A DNA stretch of 64,000 bases from Paragordius varius (taxonomy: Eukaryota; Animalia; Nematomorpha). Under the pieces are notes generated by a model. The model saw nothing but the letters and a program-made list of their open reading frames with translations, was not told the DNA's origin and made no database searches. Shown here piece by piece: positions 35,379 to 49,226 of the stretch; position 1 is the first letter of the stretch; the number at the start of each line of letters is the position of its first letter. The position numbers were made by a program, and so were the translations under genes. The stretch lies in contig OZ176054.1 in the NCBI GenBank assembly GCA_964247055.1, positions 7,874,001 to 7,938,000 of the forward strand, in the 5' to 3' direction.

Positions 35379-36884
35379 GTTCCAAGACATATTTGACTTT
35401 CTTATTTATAAAAAAAAAGAAAGTTAGATTATATTGATATCAATTATTCCGCTTTCATTTTTTATATATCTTAATAATAACCAATTTAAAAATAGCCAAA
35501 AATGGAAAATGATACAAAGAGTAGTTAGTTTATTTTGTTAACGTTTCTCTGAAAAAGTCAAAAAATCTAAAAATAAAACTAAAATTTATCAACGGAAAAA
35601 ATAAACGTTATTTATTTCAATATCGCATCATGCTCTAAAAACAGCTACGTAATTGTTAGTTCTGCAATGGCATCGAAAAAACTATGGTTTGAATTTAATT
35701 TTAAAAATTGATCATAAATTTAGAACTTTTTAAAAAAAATGTCTGAACTTAAACCACAGGGTGTGAAAAACGAAGTCAAGGAATCTTTATACTGTTTGAA
35801 TTTCAAGATTGTTCTTTAACAGATGGTCATAAACTTTTAGGACTGTACTTAAACACATTATTGTCCTTGAACAGTACAAGATGATATTCAAACATTTTAA
35901 ATTTCTCCTTTAACCTTTAAATTTGACACTTAAACATTTTTACTTTGTCTATGACTTTTATTAATATGTGTATCATTCATCCATCCTATATTTTTAATTT
36001 ATTATCTTTAAATAACCTAAAATTTTTATTAGATGTTTACATTTTTTTTCCTTATAAGAACAATATTTTTTTACGAATCCCATTTTTTTTAATATTTATA
36101 AGGAAATAACGCGTAATTATAATATATTAATATTTTGGTTTTTTCCTTAAAGCATTAATAAGTCAAAAATACTGTATGGAAAAAATTATTTTGAGACAGA
36201 AAGTTGTTTTTGACTACATTATGTTAGTTTGGAAGGAGAATGTATAGGGTAAAGAACTTTATAATAGGAAACATGGAAAAACTATGGTTAATGCAAATTT
36301 AAAAAGCTTAAGGACCAACTTGAAGTGTTTAAGGAGATTCTTAAAACATTCAATCAAATTCAAATGTTAACTGACTCCTTGAAGTACAAATGGTGTATAC
36401 TCATACAGCTTGAAACTTGGTTTTAAATGTATGAAAATTAAATTAGGAGTTTGATTTATTAATTTTTATGTTCAGCTAAAAGCGTCAGTATAATGACCAT
36501 TTACTCAACTCAGGGGTGCCCTACACAAATAACCTAGCGCGCCGCTCAAAAATGTTAAATGGGCATTAATTAATTACTTATTAGATTTTAAACATTAGAC
36601 TGTAAATGATTGCGAACAGAATATGACTATTTATTTCATCAATTTTTGCTAGTTCATTGCCAAAATTTGGAAAGATTAATTCAGAAAATGTGAAGAAAAA
36701 CAATTTTACCTAGATTTAAGGGCATATTTTTTCAAATAATGGTAGAAATGTTCAGTATCCTTAAATTATATCGAAAAAGTGTTATCATATTAAAGTGTTT
36801 TTATACCGTTTCCACCAAGCTTCAAAATACCACAAAACTCGCTTCACCAAAACTTTGGCGTGAATGAAGTTTTTAAGCAAAATA

Positions 36885-36965
36885 TCTATTTTTGGGGGAA
36901 AATTTTTTTTGATGTCAAAATTCAGCATATTTTTTTAATTTTTATCGCACAATCCCGACATTATT
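36885..36965 (+). repeat. Dispersed repeat segment (family D), also at ~58965-59040
   Basis: TTTTTGATGTC(A/T)AAATT(C/T)AGCA..AAATTTTTA(T/C)CGCACAAT..CGAC is shared by both loci. Termini were not defined. Confidence 0.5.
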
Positions 36966-37849
36966 GCTTTTGTTTTAAAAGAACTAGCCCATTTTAGAAA
37001 GACTCCAAAAATATGTGATTTTAAATGCTTATTTAACATGGAAAGATTAAAAAATATTTCTTAATAAAGTTTCAATTAATTAAATAACTGTTAGTATTAA
37101 TGAAATAAAGGTGAACGTGATTGAAAATTTGTGTTGCGATCTAATTTTTATTTTTTTTCGAAAGATACAAAGCGAATGGAGGAATGATTAATGACAGGAA
37201 GTGTCTGAGCACTTTTTTCCTTTTGTCCCTCATGAGGTATGAATTTATTGTTTGTATAGCACTGTGGCAAAATGATTCAACAAATAAATATTTATAAATC
37301 ATTTACCATTCGAGAGGCAAATTTAGAATTTGTAAGTGATAATGGTGGTTATAACACTGGAAAATATTATTTTAATTTCTCTGTATTAACCTAAAACAAA
37401 TCGCATATTAGGTCGAATAAAAATATATTTAAAATATAAATTGAAACTAAATATTAGTTATCATATATATAAGAAAATTCTGATCGAAAAATATTGTCGA
37501 TAAAGTTTCCAGAGGGTACTTGAAAGATTTACAAGAATCAAAATTGATAATTGCAAATTTAAATAATAAAAATTTGTATTATGCGATAAAAAGATTTTTT
37601 TTAAATATTATTTATTTACTATACATATAAGTTTACCCAATACTGTTTATAAAGTGTTTAAGCCATATATAAATGAGAAAAATTGATTGATATTTTGCAA
37701 AGCGGAAGTAGCGCATAATTTTCATAGAACATATTACAAATAATTTGCAGTACAATTCAATGAAGAAAAAACATTAATCATTTGAGTTATTATATAGTTT
37801 TTAAAGGTTCTCTGTTTTGGGTGTAAATCCCTAAATCAATGAAGTGAAT

Positions 37850-38000
37850 CATAGATCTTATTTGTACATCGAATTGTATAGCACAATTTTATAAGATGTA
37901 TAAACTAAAGAATAATGTGACCAGATATTTTGAACCTTGCGCAGTACATAATTAAAACATACTTTGCCTTTTTTGCGCCAGATTTTTGCTGCGGTTTAAT
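37850..38000 (+). pseudogene. Possible hAT transposase relic
   Basis: NVTRYFEPCAVHN*NIL resembles the hAT PCxxHxLNL motif; the frame is interrupted by stops. Confidence 0.35.
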
Positions 38001-38843
38001 AGATAATATAGTTTTTTACTTCCATTAGCTTTCAGAAACAATTAAAAATATCCAACAAATGCATTAAATTAACGGAAACAAACATTGATCAAATTTTTAC
38101 TAAAATACCAAAAAGGATTTTGTGTTTATTTTATATTTTGAGGCAGCTTTTGCGGAAGCCCTGAGTTAAAGGGCTGTTAGCCTAAATCTTTAGGTCATAG
38201 TTCCGCGACTGCGTAATTACATGTCCGAAACTTGATTCCATGCAATCAGAAAATTATTAACCAATAAAAAATAGGCCGATCTTAGTATTTACCGAAAAAT
38301 GAACATTTTTTACAAATTATTTTAACAGAGGGTACTTCATAAAATTCTATATTAATTTATTTGGGTAATATATTTTCAAAAAAATTTAAAAGCAGTACAA
38401 TACTCAGGGCAGTACAGGCGCAGTTTTTTTTCGAAAACCCAGTACTCTACTGCGAAAAACAGCATATCTGGAGAACGCATTCAGAACGGGCCCGTCCTAA
38501 CCCTAATATAAGTAAAAATAACAAGGGCATATGTGTATTTTCCCTCTATACGACTATTGTAGACGCTTGTGGATACCAAGACCTCCTATGTTAAGGTGTT
38601 AGGAAGTGACAATAAATTTTACGAGAACTTTAAATTATCAATACCTGATCAACTGTTTTTGACTCCTCATTAACGAAGGCGTGAAAAAAATTAATTTAGT
38701 TTAATTAAACCTTTCGCCATTCAGAATTTTCATTTTATCTACTATTCACAATTACTTCAGATTTATTTATTCAGGTATTACCTTTGTAGGCCCTACAGAA
38801 AAGGGAAACATATGATTAAAAAACGGTAGCAGACGAATTGTGT

Positions 38844-41800
38844 ATGGACCACGAAAATGATAAAGAGGCTCGATTTAATAATGCTATTCGCGAAAACATT
38901 GTTATTTATAATTTAATGTTAGATTTGTCTCTGTTTTTTCATTTTTTTCTACTTGTTGGCATCCTGCTTTATAAACGTACTTTGGGATAAAAATGATTTG
39001 GAGGCTGGCTATTTTGGTTTATAAAATAATTAAATATAGGAATCGAAGATTTTTATATATCCCGGATTATGTAAGCAACCAATTTTTACGTCTAGATTTA
39101 TTATATGTGCCTTTTCTATCGCAACATGTTTGGCGTCATCAATTTTATTACCATTTTCAATTATTAGCAATGAAATTTTAATCATATACCCTGATAATGA
39201 ATATCTAAATTGGCTAAATTCATCGCTTATTTACAGTATATTTTGGGTGTAATATATAGGCGTATGGAATTACATTTTTCTGTTGTCCAATTGTTGCTTG
39301 TTTATTCTATTGCCATTTGCATATTTTTTGCTAGATTCCATCGGTTTTTTTAATTACAAAAAAGTATATCCTTTTGATTTATTTAACAGAATTTCATTAA
39401 TCGATTGTACGAAACTTTACTAACATATTCACTGTTTTTAATTATGTTTGTCGGTATATCATGGGTATTATTTGTGGTTTTTAATGACGCTCCAACACAC
39501 AAAGGCACTCTATTTGCACTTTGGAACTGTATGCATTCCTATATATCTTTAGATATTTATTTTCATTACATTCCCATTTCGTACCATTGCATATCTTTGC
39601 TAGGAGCCATAACTCTTTTAAGTTTGTTATAATTTATATTATCTAGCATGCATCCCATTAGGCTTTTCAAAAACTTTTGATGTATTTGGACAATCACTGA
39701 TAATGCCAAGGGTAATTTATTTATAATTTTAACCCTAAAAAGTTATGAACAAAATATATATTATAATATACATTAGCTTGTTAGGAATTTGGAGGAAGAA
39801 AAAAATATAAATCGGCAGGAATATCTTTACTATCAACAAAAATATTTGAGAAGCAATCAAATCGTTGTTTTTCAATCAAACCCCGATAATCCAATCATTT
39901 CTGATTTAGTTTCCATACCAAAGCCAATTCGCAAAAGAATATCTTATAGGATTAAAAGCAATGCCCCGAAAAATGGTAAATATATTTTTAAAATCCATAA
40001 ATTATAAACTTTATTATTCCCACATGAAAAAAAAGTTATGTGATTTCACATTTTAACCTACTTTTTTACTTTTATAGAATGTAATGGTGTTGGTGTCAAT
40101 GACTATAATAATTTAGACAAAATGATACTATCGGTGCAGAATGGCACATCCAAAAATAATATTATTCACCGTGAGGGAGTTGCATTAAACTCATCCCAAA
40201 TTCATAGATATAAAAGGTATATTTTTTTAAATAATGGACTCCTCGTATTATATTAATATACAAAATAATTTAAGTAAAAAATGTTTGTGTTTTGTTTAAG
40301 CCAATTTTAAAGGCTAAATTACAATAGAAAAAGGATAGAGAAAATACAAAATATTTATAAATCTATTAAGGTGCCGATATGTTAATTACATTTTGGGTAA
40401 TGCATCTTTTGAAAACGATTCCACTTGTATATTATCAAACAATGACAATCACATATCAAAGATTGAATCCAAACTAAAAGAGATTAAAAATTCCCTCGCC
40501 ATTATTCAAGCTTTAGAAAATGCCCCATTTTGGAAACGAAATATCCTAAATTATCCGTTTGCCATGTTACTACTGTTTATATTAACGGTACATTAAAAAT
40601 AATCATTAAAAGAATTTAACTTTGTTCAATAATATATTCGATAATTTTTTCTCTCTTCTCTTAGCTTTAAATTACATAATTATATACAAATACCTGATTT
40701 TATATTTTTTGATGAATTTAACAATTATGTTTAATACTTAAAAAATTGTAACTGGCTTGTGACAAAGTTACCTATAGAGTTAGTTATTCATTTATGCAAA
40801 AAAAGACAAAAAATATAAACTTTTTGAAAGGCTTTATTATGTTTATTGTTATCATAGTTTATCGTCATAGTTTTTATGGTTAGAGTACAACTTGTCTATT
40901 TAATTAAATTTATATAATTTTATTTCACAATGGTGAATTCGTTTTAATTTAAAATACTTTAGGCACTGTGTATCTTGAAAGCTGGCATTCATTGTTTAGA
41001 ATTGGTTTTAACAGAAAATGCACTTCCATCCTACTCAAAAGTATTTTTTTTATCTATAGTAATACTTTTTGAAATAAAAAATTACATAATTTTATTTATA
41101 GCATTTAGAATTTGGGAAGAAATCTTTATCGTTTCTTGGACCATCTGGGGTTTGTTTAGAGATAATCTTGATTTTGTAAGTATTAACGTTTTTATTTTCA
41201 TCTATAATTTTTTAGTCCTATCACGGGGGGATCCAATAATTTTTTCCAAATAATTACACAATGGCTATAGAATCCATTGGCATTTAAATAGGATTTTTTA
41301 TCTACGGAAAAGAGAATGAGTGTTTGCATTTAATAACTAGAGGGATTATTTTATTCGAAAGGATTTATATGTTAAAATAACTTACACAAGTTGTTATTTG
41401 AAAATGCACTGGCGTTAGCCATGATTTAATTATATTATGGCCCTTTTCTTATATAAAAAGTGTTTTAGATGCCTTAAATGCCAAATTTTTACTAACACTT
41501 CATTACCCTTTCACTTTTTTGTCCTAGTTTACCTTTTGGGGTAGTTCTATGTCTCATCAATTTAATAAATAAATTACAGGTTTGAAAGTTATTTTAGTTA
41601 AAATATAATTATAAAACATTTTTTGATGTATTAAATAAATAAGCTCAATTTTTACAATTGGGACAGCTCCAAAACATTATTGACACGATCAAATTTTTGC
41701 TGGTAAAATGTAGCCTGAACGCATCTTTAAGTTAATTATTTTAATTTTGTATATATACATTATTTTGCCTGTTGCATTATCGATTTAAAAAAATTTATTG

Positions 41801-42689
41801 AAAAAACAAATGGCGGCAAAGAGTTTGAGAAAGGATTTTTTACAATTTTTAATAAAAGATTTTTGTATAATGTTATTAGACTAAAGAAAGCAAATTTTTA
41901 AATCCGGCTTAATACCTTAAATACTTTTTTAAGATATTCAAATTTTAAATAGCTCTGGATATAAAACTACTTTAAAGGTAATGGAGTGTTAATTGCATGA
42001 TACAATCAATGAAAAAAGGATTTATATTTAATATTTTTTTTGAGTTAAAAATACGGATCGCCGAAAACATTTGGATCGGACATTATTGTTTAATATCGAT
42101 AAATACTACATCCTTTTAAGATAGAATTTTTTTGAAGTAATACTTTAGTTTTTTTTTGATTTTGTTATAGGTATTTAAAGACTTCCAGTATAATAGGATT
42201 CATGCATTTACCACTGTTTACCAAACTTAAACCTAAACTTCATAATACTTCCATTGGTAAACTCATAGTTAATTGTGTTATAGCACTTATACTTACATCA
42301 GCATATCCAGTATTTTCCAGAACCCTAGGTATTTTAAATTAAAATACGGTGATTTGTTATAACCATGTTTAATAGAATTTTTTTAATTAGTTATTTCCGA
42401 TTAGTTTTTTAAAAAATAAAAAATTGAAACTAAATTATTATTATTTATACCACTATCAGGTATTACACAGTTTGATTTAATTGGACATTTCGGTCAACTT
42501 CAATGGTTAAGTTCATTTCGCATGGTTATACTCTACAATCTTACCTTCATATTTGCCGCAATTTGGTGTTTAACCAATAAATTTACTCATCGAATCATTG
42601 AAGAAATAGTTACGAGATTATTTCCATTATCCTGGCAAAATTATATATTAAAACGTCACCAGAGAGCACAAAATTTAACACCATTATAA
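38844..42689 (+). CDS. LMBR1: Limb region 1 protein homolog (LMBR1/LMBR1L family)
   Basis: EARFNNAIRE.ICL, LLPFSIISNEIL..YP.N.YL.WLNSSLI..VWN...LLSN.CLFILLPFAYF, NCV..LILTSAYPVFSRTLGITQFDLIGHFG...W. Many introns are 23-26 nt. Confidence 0.93.
41496..41988 (+). mobile_element. piggyBac-type MITE, family C, in an LMBR1 intron
   Basis: CTAA|CACTTCATTACC ... GGTAATGGAGTG|TTAA; homologous to 3289-3793. Confidence 0.85.
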
Positions 42690-42941
42690 TACATGATAAA
42701 CGTTTTTCTAGTTTATTTATTAAACATTGACTATTAATCACATCTTCCAAAAATATCTTATATGCAATATTTATATGTAAAATTAACATTTAGACACTAA
42801 TCAATAATAATATATATCAATATTTGTTAGAGTATTGCATAATTATAATATTATGTAATCATATTTTATTTGAAACAACATTGTTTCGAAAATGACAATA
42901 TATCTAATGGCTTTTTAATCTTTACATTTTCTTTTATCGAA

Positions 42942-45190
42942 TTATAATGTTGACAAAAATTTCAGGGTAGTTTCAATTGTTTCATAAACTTGTTTGTATA
43001 GTAAGGCAGCATCACCTGGTAACTGATTAAGAATGTTTTGTAAACCCATTAAAAAGGTTGGATCATTTAAGGAAGTTATTGCATTATTAATCGTTATGTC
43101 GTCTAAAAAATAAAAATATTAATAATATTTTATGAATGGGATAATCGAAAAAAAAACTAATTAAAAGATTCTGATCTTGCTGTCAGTGTAAATTTTCACC
43201 AAATTTTTATGCTTAGCACTCGACGTATAATGTCATTTCGATTTAACAATCCATTCGTCGATGTCTTAGTTGCCCAGGGTCCAAAGAATAGTTTTCGAGG
43301 TCCCGAATCGAATGCATATTCAAGATCGAGCATAAGATAAGGGGCTATTTCGGAGGTGGGTAATGTTAAAGTTGCCTCAATATAATAGCGCCTATGGTCC
43401 CTTTGTTAGGTAAAATGCCGCATTCCAATTCGTTTATATATCCTGTCTTTCAATATATATACAAAAAAAATAAGCTCAAATAGCTTCATCCAAGCCATTA
43501 TTACCAAGTATTCGGCATAAAGAATATTGCATCATAATAATGATAAATAAAAATGGACTTAAGAGAGAAAGAGAGCCTTGATGTAGCCCAGGATTTATTG
43601 AAAGCAACGCCAACATGCTCACCTCCGAAGTAGCCCCTTGTTTTATAAAAGCATCGACGAATGGATTGATAAATCAATAAGGGCATTATATGTCAAATGC
43701 AAACCTCAAGTGGCGCCAAGCGTAGAATACGATTTGTCAATTAACGCTGGGTTATATCAAGGCTCTCTCCAAAGTCCATTTTTATATATCAGTGATAAGA
43801 CAAAATGCAAAACACTTAGATCACATATGCCAAAGAAGAGAAACTAATATGACAAGATGGAGAGAAGAGAGGCTTAAAATGTATGGCCTTAAGGTTAATA
43901 TATCAAAAACATATACCTATTAAATAACCCTGCATAAAGAAGTCAAAAACCAATGCAATTCAATTCCATAAATGTAAAAAATAGGACGAAAAATGTTCTC
44001 AGTTTAAATAAAATTAAATTACGATTTCATATACAACTGCAACACGTTCAGTCCAACCCACTTCCATCTACCATATAGTACGAAAAACTGTTTGAATCGG
44101 TGTAATGCTTTACATATTTGGGTGACATCGTAAGTGCTGTGTAGGCATTGCACATAAATAATCGAATAAAAAATGCCTGGTCAAAATACACAAACTCAAA
44201 AAATATACTAAACAATATATGCATCTCATTCAAATCCAATATGTAGACGATCACCATACGACCCGCACTTATTTACGCAACACAAGAAGTGGCTTTAACC
44301 AAAACAAATTCACTAAAGTAACAACAAGCTGAAAAGAAATTTTTTAAAAACTATACTTTATACAACAAACCCCAACCTCTATAACTACAAAAATAAATTT
44401 GATCCATATACTGTCCTACAAATGACTTCACACTTATCGATTTTTTGCGCACAAATCGCCATAGATTCGCAGAACATACTCACCGAAATTTAATTATATC
44501 GCATGGTCTCTACAAGTATTTGAAATCGTAAAGAAAATCCAATGAAAAGTTGGCTTTCTATTGACCCTTATAGAATAACAAAACAATACTTTCATAAATA
44601 TGGAAATAGAGCTAAATATAATGTGGTGAATCTTAGAGTAGTTTATCCTCAAATTTAAAAAATTATAATATAAATAACAAATGATAGAATTAATAGTTAC
44701 CAAAATTTATGGTAGAACAATACGCGATATTTTTGGTAGAATTGAGTAACTTTAATGCATCTTCGATTTGAGATAAATGATTATCAATTATTTTTTTGAC
44801 ATGGGCGCCTAATTTTGAAATAAAAAAATAATAGATTCGTGTGCAACAACTATTACAAAATAAAATTATTACTATATAAACACTTAATTAATATAAATTA
44901 AAAATGATCGAAGCAAAAATTATACTTGAATTAGTGCAATTTTCTCGACAAAACATAAGTTGACCCTTAAGTCGTTGAAGTGGATTAAGAAATTGTAGAA
45001 TAAACGGAAAAACGGCATTAAATGATTTCTCATAAGCTTTATCGTATGAGGACTGATAACCTTCCCTATAACCAGTGCTATGTTGGGTCCTTGCCATTTT
45101 TTCATAATCAAGGGATGAAAAACCGTTTCGACAAGTTGCATTAATTTCATTAAAATTATAATCATCATCATCTTCCAAAGTCTCAGCCAT
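42942..45190 (-). CDS. YAE1: Yae1 domain-containing protein; last exon (42942-~43104) assigned tentatively
   Basis: Exon 1 has GYREGYQSSYDKAYEKSFN (Yae1_N-type repeat) then RLKGQL. A downstream open exon DDITINN..LKFLSTL* has an acceptor, but the junction was not fully resolved. Confidence 0.6.
43200..44450. mobile_element. Rearranged relics of RTE-clade reverse transcriptase on both strands
   Basis: Minus strand: GILPNKGTIGAIILRQL, LDLEYAFD and INPGLHQGS..SPFLF. Plus strand: IDEWI..SIRALY, INAGLYQGS.QSPFL, GLKVNISKT, FTYLGDI and IRPALIYA. Confidence 0.8.
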
Positions 45191-45413
45191 CTAAAAATTA
45201 ATTAGTTTAATAAAGGTTTTAAACATAGAGTTTTACATTTTAAAATTAATCTAGTATACTCTTGTTTTGTTGAATAATATTAAATAATTTAAAATGCGTA
45301 AAGATTTTTTAAATAATTTCCGAAGATTGAAAAGGGAGTAAATAAAGTGTTGTAAACAACACACTTCTTAATTCATCTAAAAAGGATATAAACACAAAAT
45401 TAAGTACTAAAAT

Positions 45414-46498
45414 TTAGGAGGTACAAATATATTTTTTATAAAAGTTATGATGGATTCAGTAGAGTTGTAATTTGTAATGTCAGACGAAATTTTTCGCCAA
45501 CGGTGTGGAGGCCAAACTATTAGGGTTGCTTTGCTAGTTATTAATCCCAGCGGTATCTAGAAATATTACAATTTTTTGTTCTAAAATTTTCATATCATAG
45601 AAATTTGCAAAAGCATATCATATCTTTACTTAATATTTTGATTTTCGGTTAAATATAAATTGAAATAATTTAACCTTAAGAATTTTTTTATATTACAGTT
45701 TATCAGATTGCGCGATAAAAAAATTATATATGAAATAACATACAAAAAATTAAGGAACAGTTAAATGTTTTGGCATTTAAAATCAAAATCATTTTAAATT
45801 ATCCTAAAATGTAATCATTGGAAAAAAGGGGAATCCTGCTAAAAAAATTATATATAGATTCGTGATAGTTTTTTTTGGTATGCAATTTCGTTTTGAATTA
45901 ATCGATATCAACATTTTACGTATGAAATATATTTTAATTAAAAAAACAGTTTATTCTGCAAAAACTGATAAATTAAAAAAATAGTTACAGGTCCAAATGT
46001 ATTGCTATCCAAGCTATGCGATTTATTGTCACCTTCAACCCAACAATGACCTTTGGGAATCTTGACAATTAATTTTTTATAAAAAGGAGTTCTCAGATAT
46101 AATTATAATATTACCTTATATATTCGTTTTCCGTGGCAATTATACGCTTAATAAGTTTTTGTTTGGGATTAAAGGGCGATCTACCATTATATAATAAAAT
46201 ATATATAAAACAATCAAATAAGAAGCCAAATATCAAATAAATATACACAAATGCTATTATATCTCCCTTAGTTATGTGGCAGTTTCTAACGGTCCACCTA
46301 TTTAAAAATACAAAGTCGTTGGAAAATATAGACAAGTTTTCGTCAGGGTTAAAATATGGCTTTAATTAATACAAATAAAACTTTCATCGACGATCCTTCA
46401 ACCTTAGCTACATAACCAACAATATCACCGAATGTCAAAATAATAGGAATGGTAAAAGTGGTACTTTTAATCACATGTAAAAAATTAACATGGACCAT
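45414..46498 (-). CDS. IMMP2L: Mitochondrial inner membrane protease subunit 2
   Basis: VAKVEGSSMKPYFNP, GDIIAFVSPFNPKQKLIKRIIA, IPKGHCWVEGDN..SLDSNTFGP and GLITSKATLIVWPPHRW; catalytic Ser and Lys are present. Confidence 0.95.
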
Positions 46499-46810
46499 AC
46501 GAAATATTGTAGGAAGGCTGTTTATGTGCTGTATACTTTCTTCAGAGTAACAAGTAATTAAGTAAAGCTACATTTATATATATTTATCGGAGATCTTATA
46601 TATTTGCAATATCCTCCTTTTCAAGGCTAACCACCCAGAATATAATAATAAATGACTTGTTTTTAAGAACTACATCAAAACTAAGGTTATGAAAATGCAT
46701 CATTACAACATCGTGCATTATTTTACCAGAATATAATTATTAGATATTTTTCTATTCTTTCTCCGATTTGTGGCCGCATTTTGTGTATCATATATTTCTG
46801 TTACGTTTAA

Positions 46811-47130
46811 CACTTTGATACAAGTTGGGGTATCTAAATACCCCAGACTATAATTAAGTTGAAATTTCAAAAAAACTACTGAAAAAACGGTCTCAATTTA
46901 AATTTATGCTTCTATCCCAATCAAAATTATATAAAAAAAATTTGGTTTTGAAAAAAAACTTCCATTTCAAACTACTTCTACACTATTTTTTTTACAAAAT
47001 TCCTGCAAAATATCGAGTTTATTTAATTTTAAAGCTAAAATGAAAGTTATTTTTTTTAAATTCACTTCTAACATTCATAGAGAGTTTTATTAAATTTAGT
47101 TAATGCACACATGTCATGTTGACTAAATAT
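46811..47130 (+). mobile_element. piggyBac MITE family A, left-end fragment
   Basis: TTAA|CACTTTGATACAAGTTGGGGTATC; colinear with family A until truncated near a hAT-like end at ~47133. Confidence 0.8.
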
Positions 47131-47455
47131 TACACAAACGGCTACTCGAGGACCGCATGTGGCCCTAAAGTCCTGATTAATGCTTTTAATTATTACATTT
47201 AACATCTTATTATTATCTTTTTGAAACTTTGTATACCCCAAATCGGAAAATCTTAAATATTATTTAAGATAATGGAAAAAATTTAAAATTAAGCGTTCTA
47301 TCTTTTGTAAATGTAATATTGCAATTAAGCCATTTTTACCTACCCTTTTTTGGATTCTTTTATAGCGATTATATCAATAAGTAAAGTGCATTTTATGGTT
47401 AAAAAAGCTAATAGATGACTTTATTTTCAAAATATATTACCAACATCGATACTAA

Positions 47456-47750
47456 CACTTGGATACAACATATTCATTTCAGGCATCCGATTCAATTAAT
47501 GGTCTTGAACCCAGGCCTGTAAAAATAAGTCTAATATGGAGGAAAAACAGTTGTAAAAGTTTGCACTCATAAAACATTGATGCACCAACTATATAAAAAT
47601 AGTTTTATTTAAAATAACTTGATATTAATTATTTTATGGATAAACCTCAGGGGAAAAATTTAGTAAATAAAAATGTACGCATTAGCTACTTATGAAAATA
47701 ATATAAAGAACACCATTTTTTTGTCCCTATCATTGTAAGATGTATTTTAT
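47456..47750 (-). mobile_element. piggyBac MITE family A, right-end fragment
   Basis: CTAA|CACTTGGATACAAC..CCCAGGCCTGT in reverse orientation. Confidence 0.7.
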
Positions 47751-48029
47751 ATCAATAATAAGAAGGGTAGCCATCAGGCTGATTTCCGAAACTTTTTTAT
47801 CCGCCCGAATATTAGAAATCTATAAATAATAAATATATGATCACAAATTTTTAATTAAATAAGTCAATTGGCAAGAATCTATAAAAATTATTATATTGTG
47901 TTTGCATTTTTGTGTTTTATGCAAGAAATCTAATAATTTTTTATAAATGGTCATATATATTGCGAATGCGGCCCAAGGGGTTTTTAAATAAAAAATACTG
48001 CCGCGAAGCCATTTATATTAACACCCGAT

Positions 48030-48259
48030 CAATAATTTAGCTTTAATTTTAGCTTTAAAATCAAATAAGAGTTATGAAAAAAGTTTGCAAAATTAAAATG
48101 GCCTCAAAGATATTAAATTTTTTCTTTACGAAATTTTAATTAGATTTGGCTCATTTATAAAATTTTTAAGAAGCACAAATTAATATGGAATAGTTAAGTT
48201 TTTTAAAAATATCAATTTATACTTTGACGTTTTATTATCCCCCAAATCGGATTGAAGTG
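48030..48259 (-). mobile_element. piggyBac MITE family A, degraded left-end fragment
   Basis: ..CCCCAAATCGGATTGAAGTG plus degenerate internal motifs. Confidence 0.55.
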
Positions 48260-48655
48260 AAAATTGTCTTTAAAATTAGCTGTTTGCTTAATCGTGTTTC
48301 AGTACTACAATTTAAATCACTAGTTAAAAGTTCAAAGGACATTGTGAAATGATGTGTATTTCATTGTTTTTGATATTTGGCTGGTATTTATAATCTAAAA
48401 AAATAACCTAAACATTAAAAACGGATATACAACCATTAGTCTACACACACTAATTTAAAGTTATATAATGTATACAAAATATAATAAACAAGATAAATAC
48501 AGTAACAGTTGATATATAAGCATTCGGTTAAATTAAGTTAGAATATATCTACGTTATAATTTAATATATATTAGCTATTAAACTTAACTATTAGAATAAA
48601 TATATAGGATATAGCCGATAATTTTGCCTGTAAATACCAAATATATCCATTTTAA

Positions 48656-49226
48656 CACTTCTATTCAAATTGGAGTATCTAAATACCCCAGACTAAATTT
48701 AAATTAAAATTTTTAAAAAACTACTGAAGGAAACGGTCCCAATTTAAATTTATGCTTCTATCCTGATAAATATTATATAAATATGCCAAAATATCTTGAT
48801 AAAATTTTGTTTTGCAAAAAAAGTTCCATCTCAAACTACTTCGACGCCATTTTTATTTTACAAAAATTTTGCAAAATATCGTCTTCATTTAATTTTAAGG
48901 GTAAAACTAAAGCTTATTTTTTATATAAATTACATCTAACATTGATAAAAATAGAAAAAACGGTTTATTTTATATTATTTTTAATTTTACAATTTGACAC
49001 ATGTCACGTGACTAAATTTTTACCTTTCAGTTTTTGCTCAAAATAAGTAATCAAGTATTTTTGAATAAATTTTTTTATATATTTTGGTTTATCAATGTTA
49101 TGTAAGTGCAAAATTTTGCCATGGTTTCGATTGCCATACTTTGTAAAGTGATTTTAAACAGGCCTGGGGTATCCAACTACCCCAATTTGAATCGAAGGAC
49201 TAAAATGAGTGTGTTGTATCCAAGTG
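48656..49226 (+). mobile_element. piggyBac-type MITE, family A, full length (571 bp)
   Basis: TTAA|CACTTCTATTCAAATTGG ... TTGTATCCAAGTG|TTAA, with intact TTAA at 48652-55 and 49227-30. Confidence 0.92.

Noticed and set aside
37185-37335. Selenoprotein or stop-codon reassignment (in-frame TGA next to a 23-nt intron-like segment)
   Set aside because: Several TGAs occur in the frame, there is no SECIS or recognisable homology, and all conserved genes here translate with the standard code. It is more likely a decayed TE gene.
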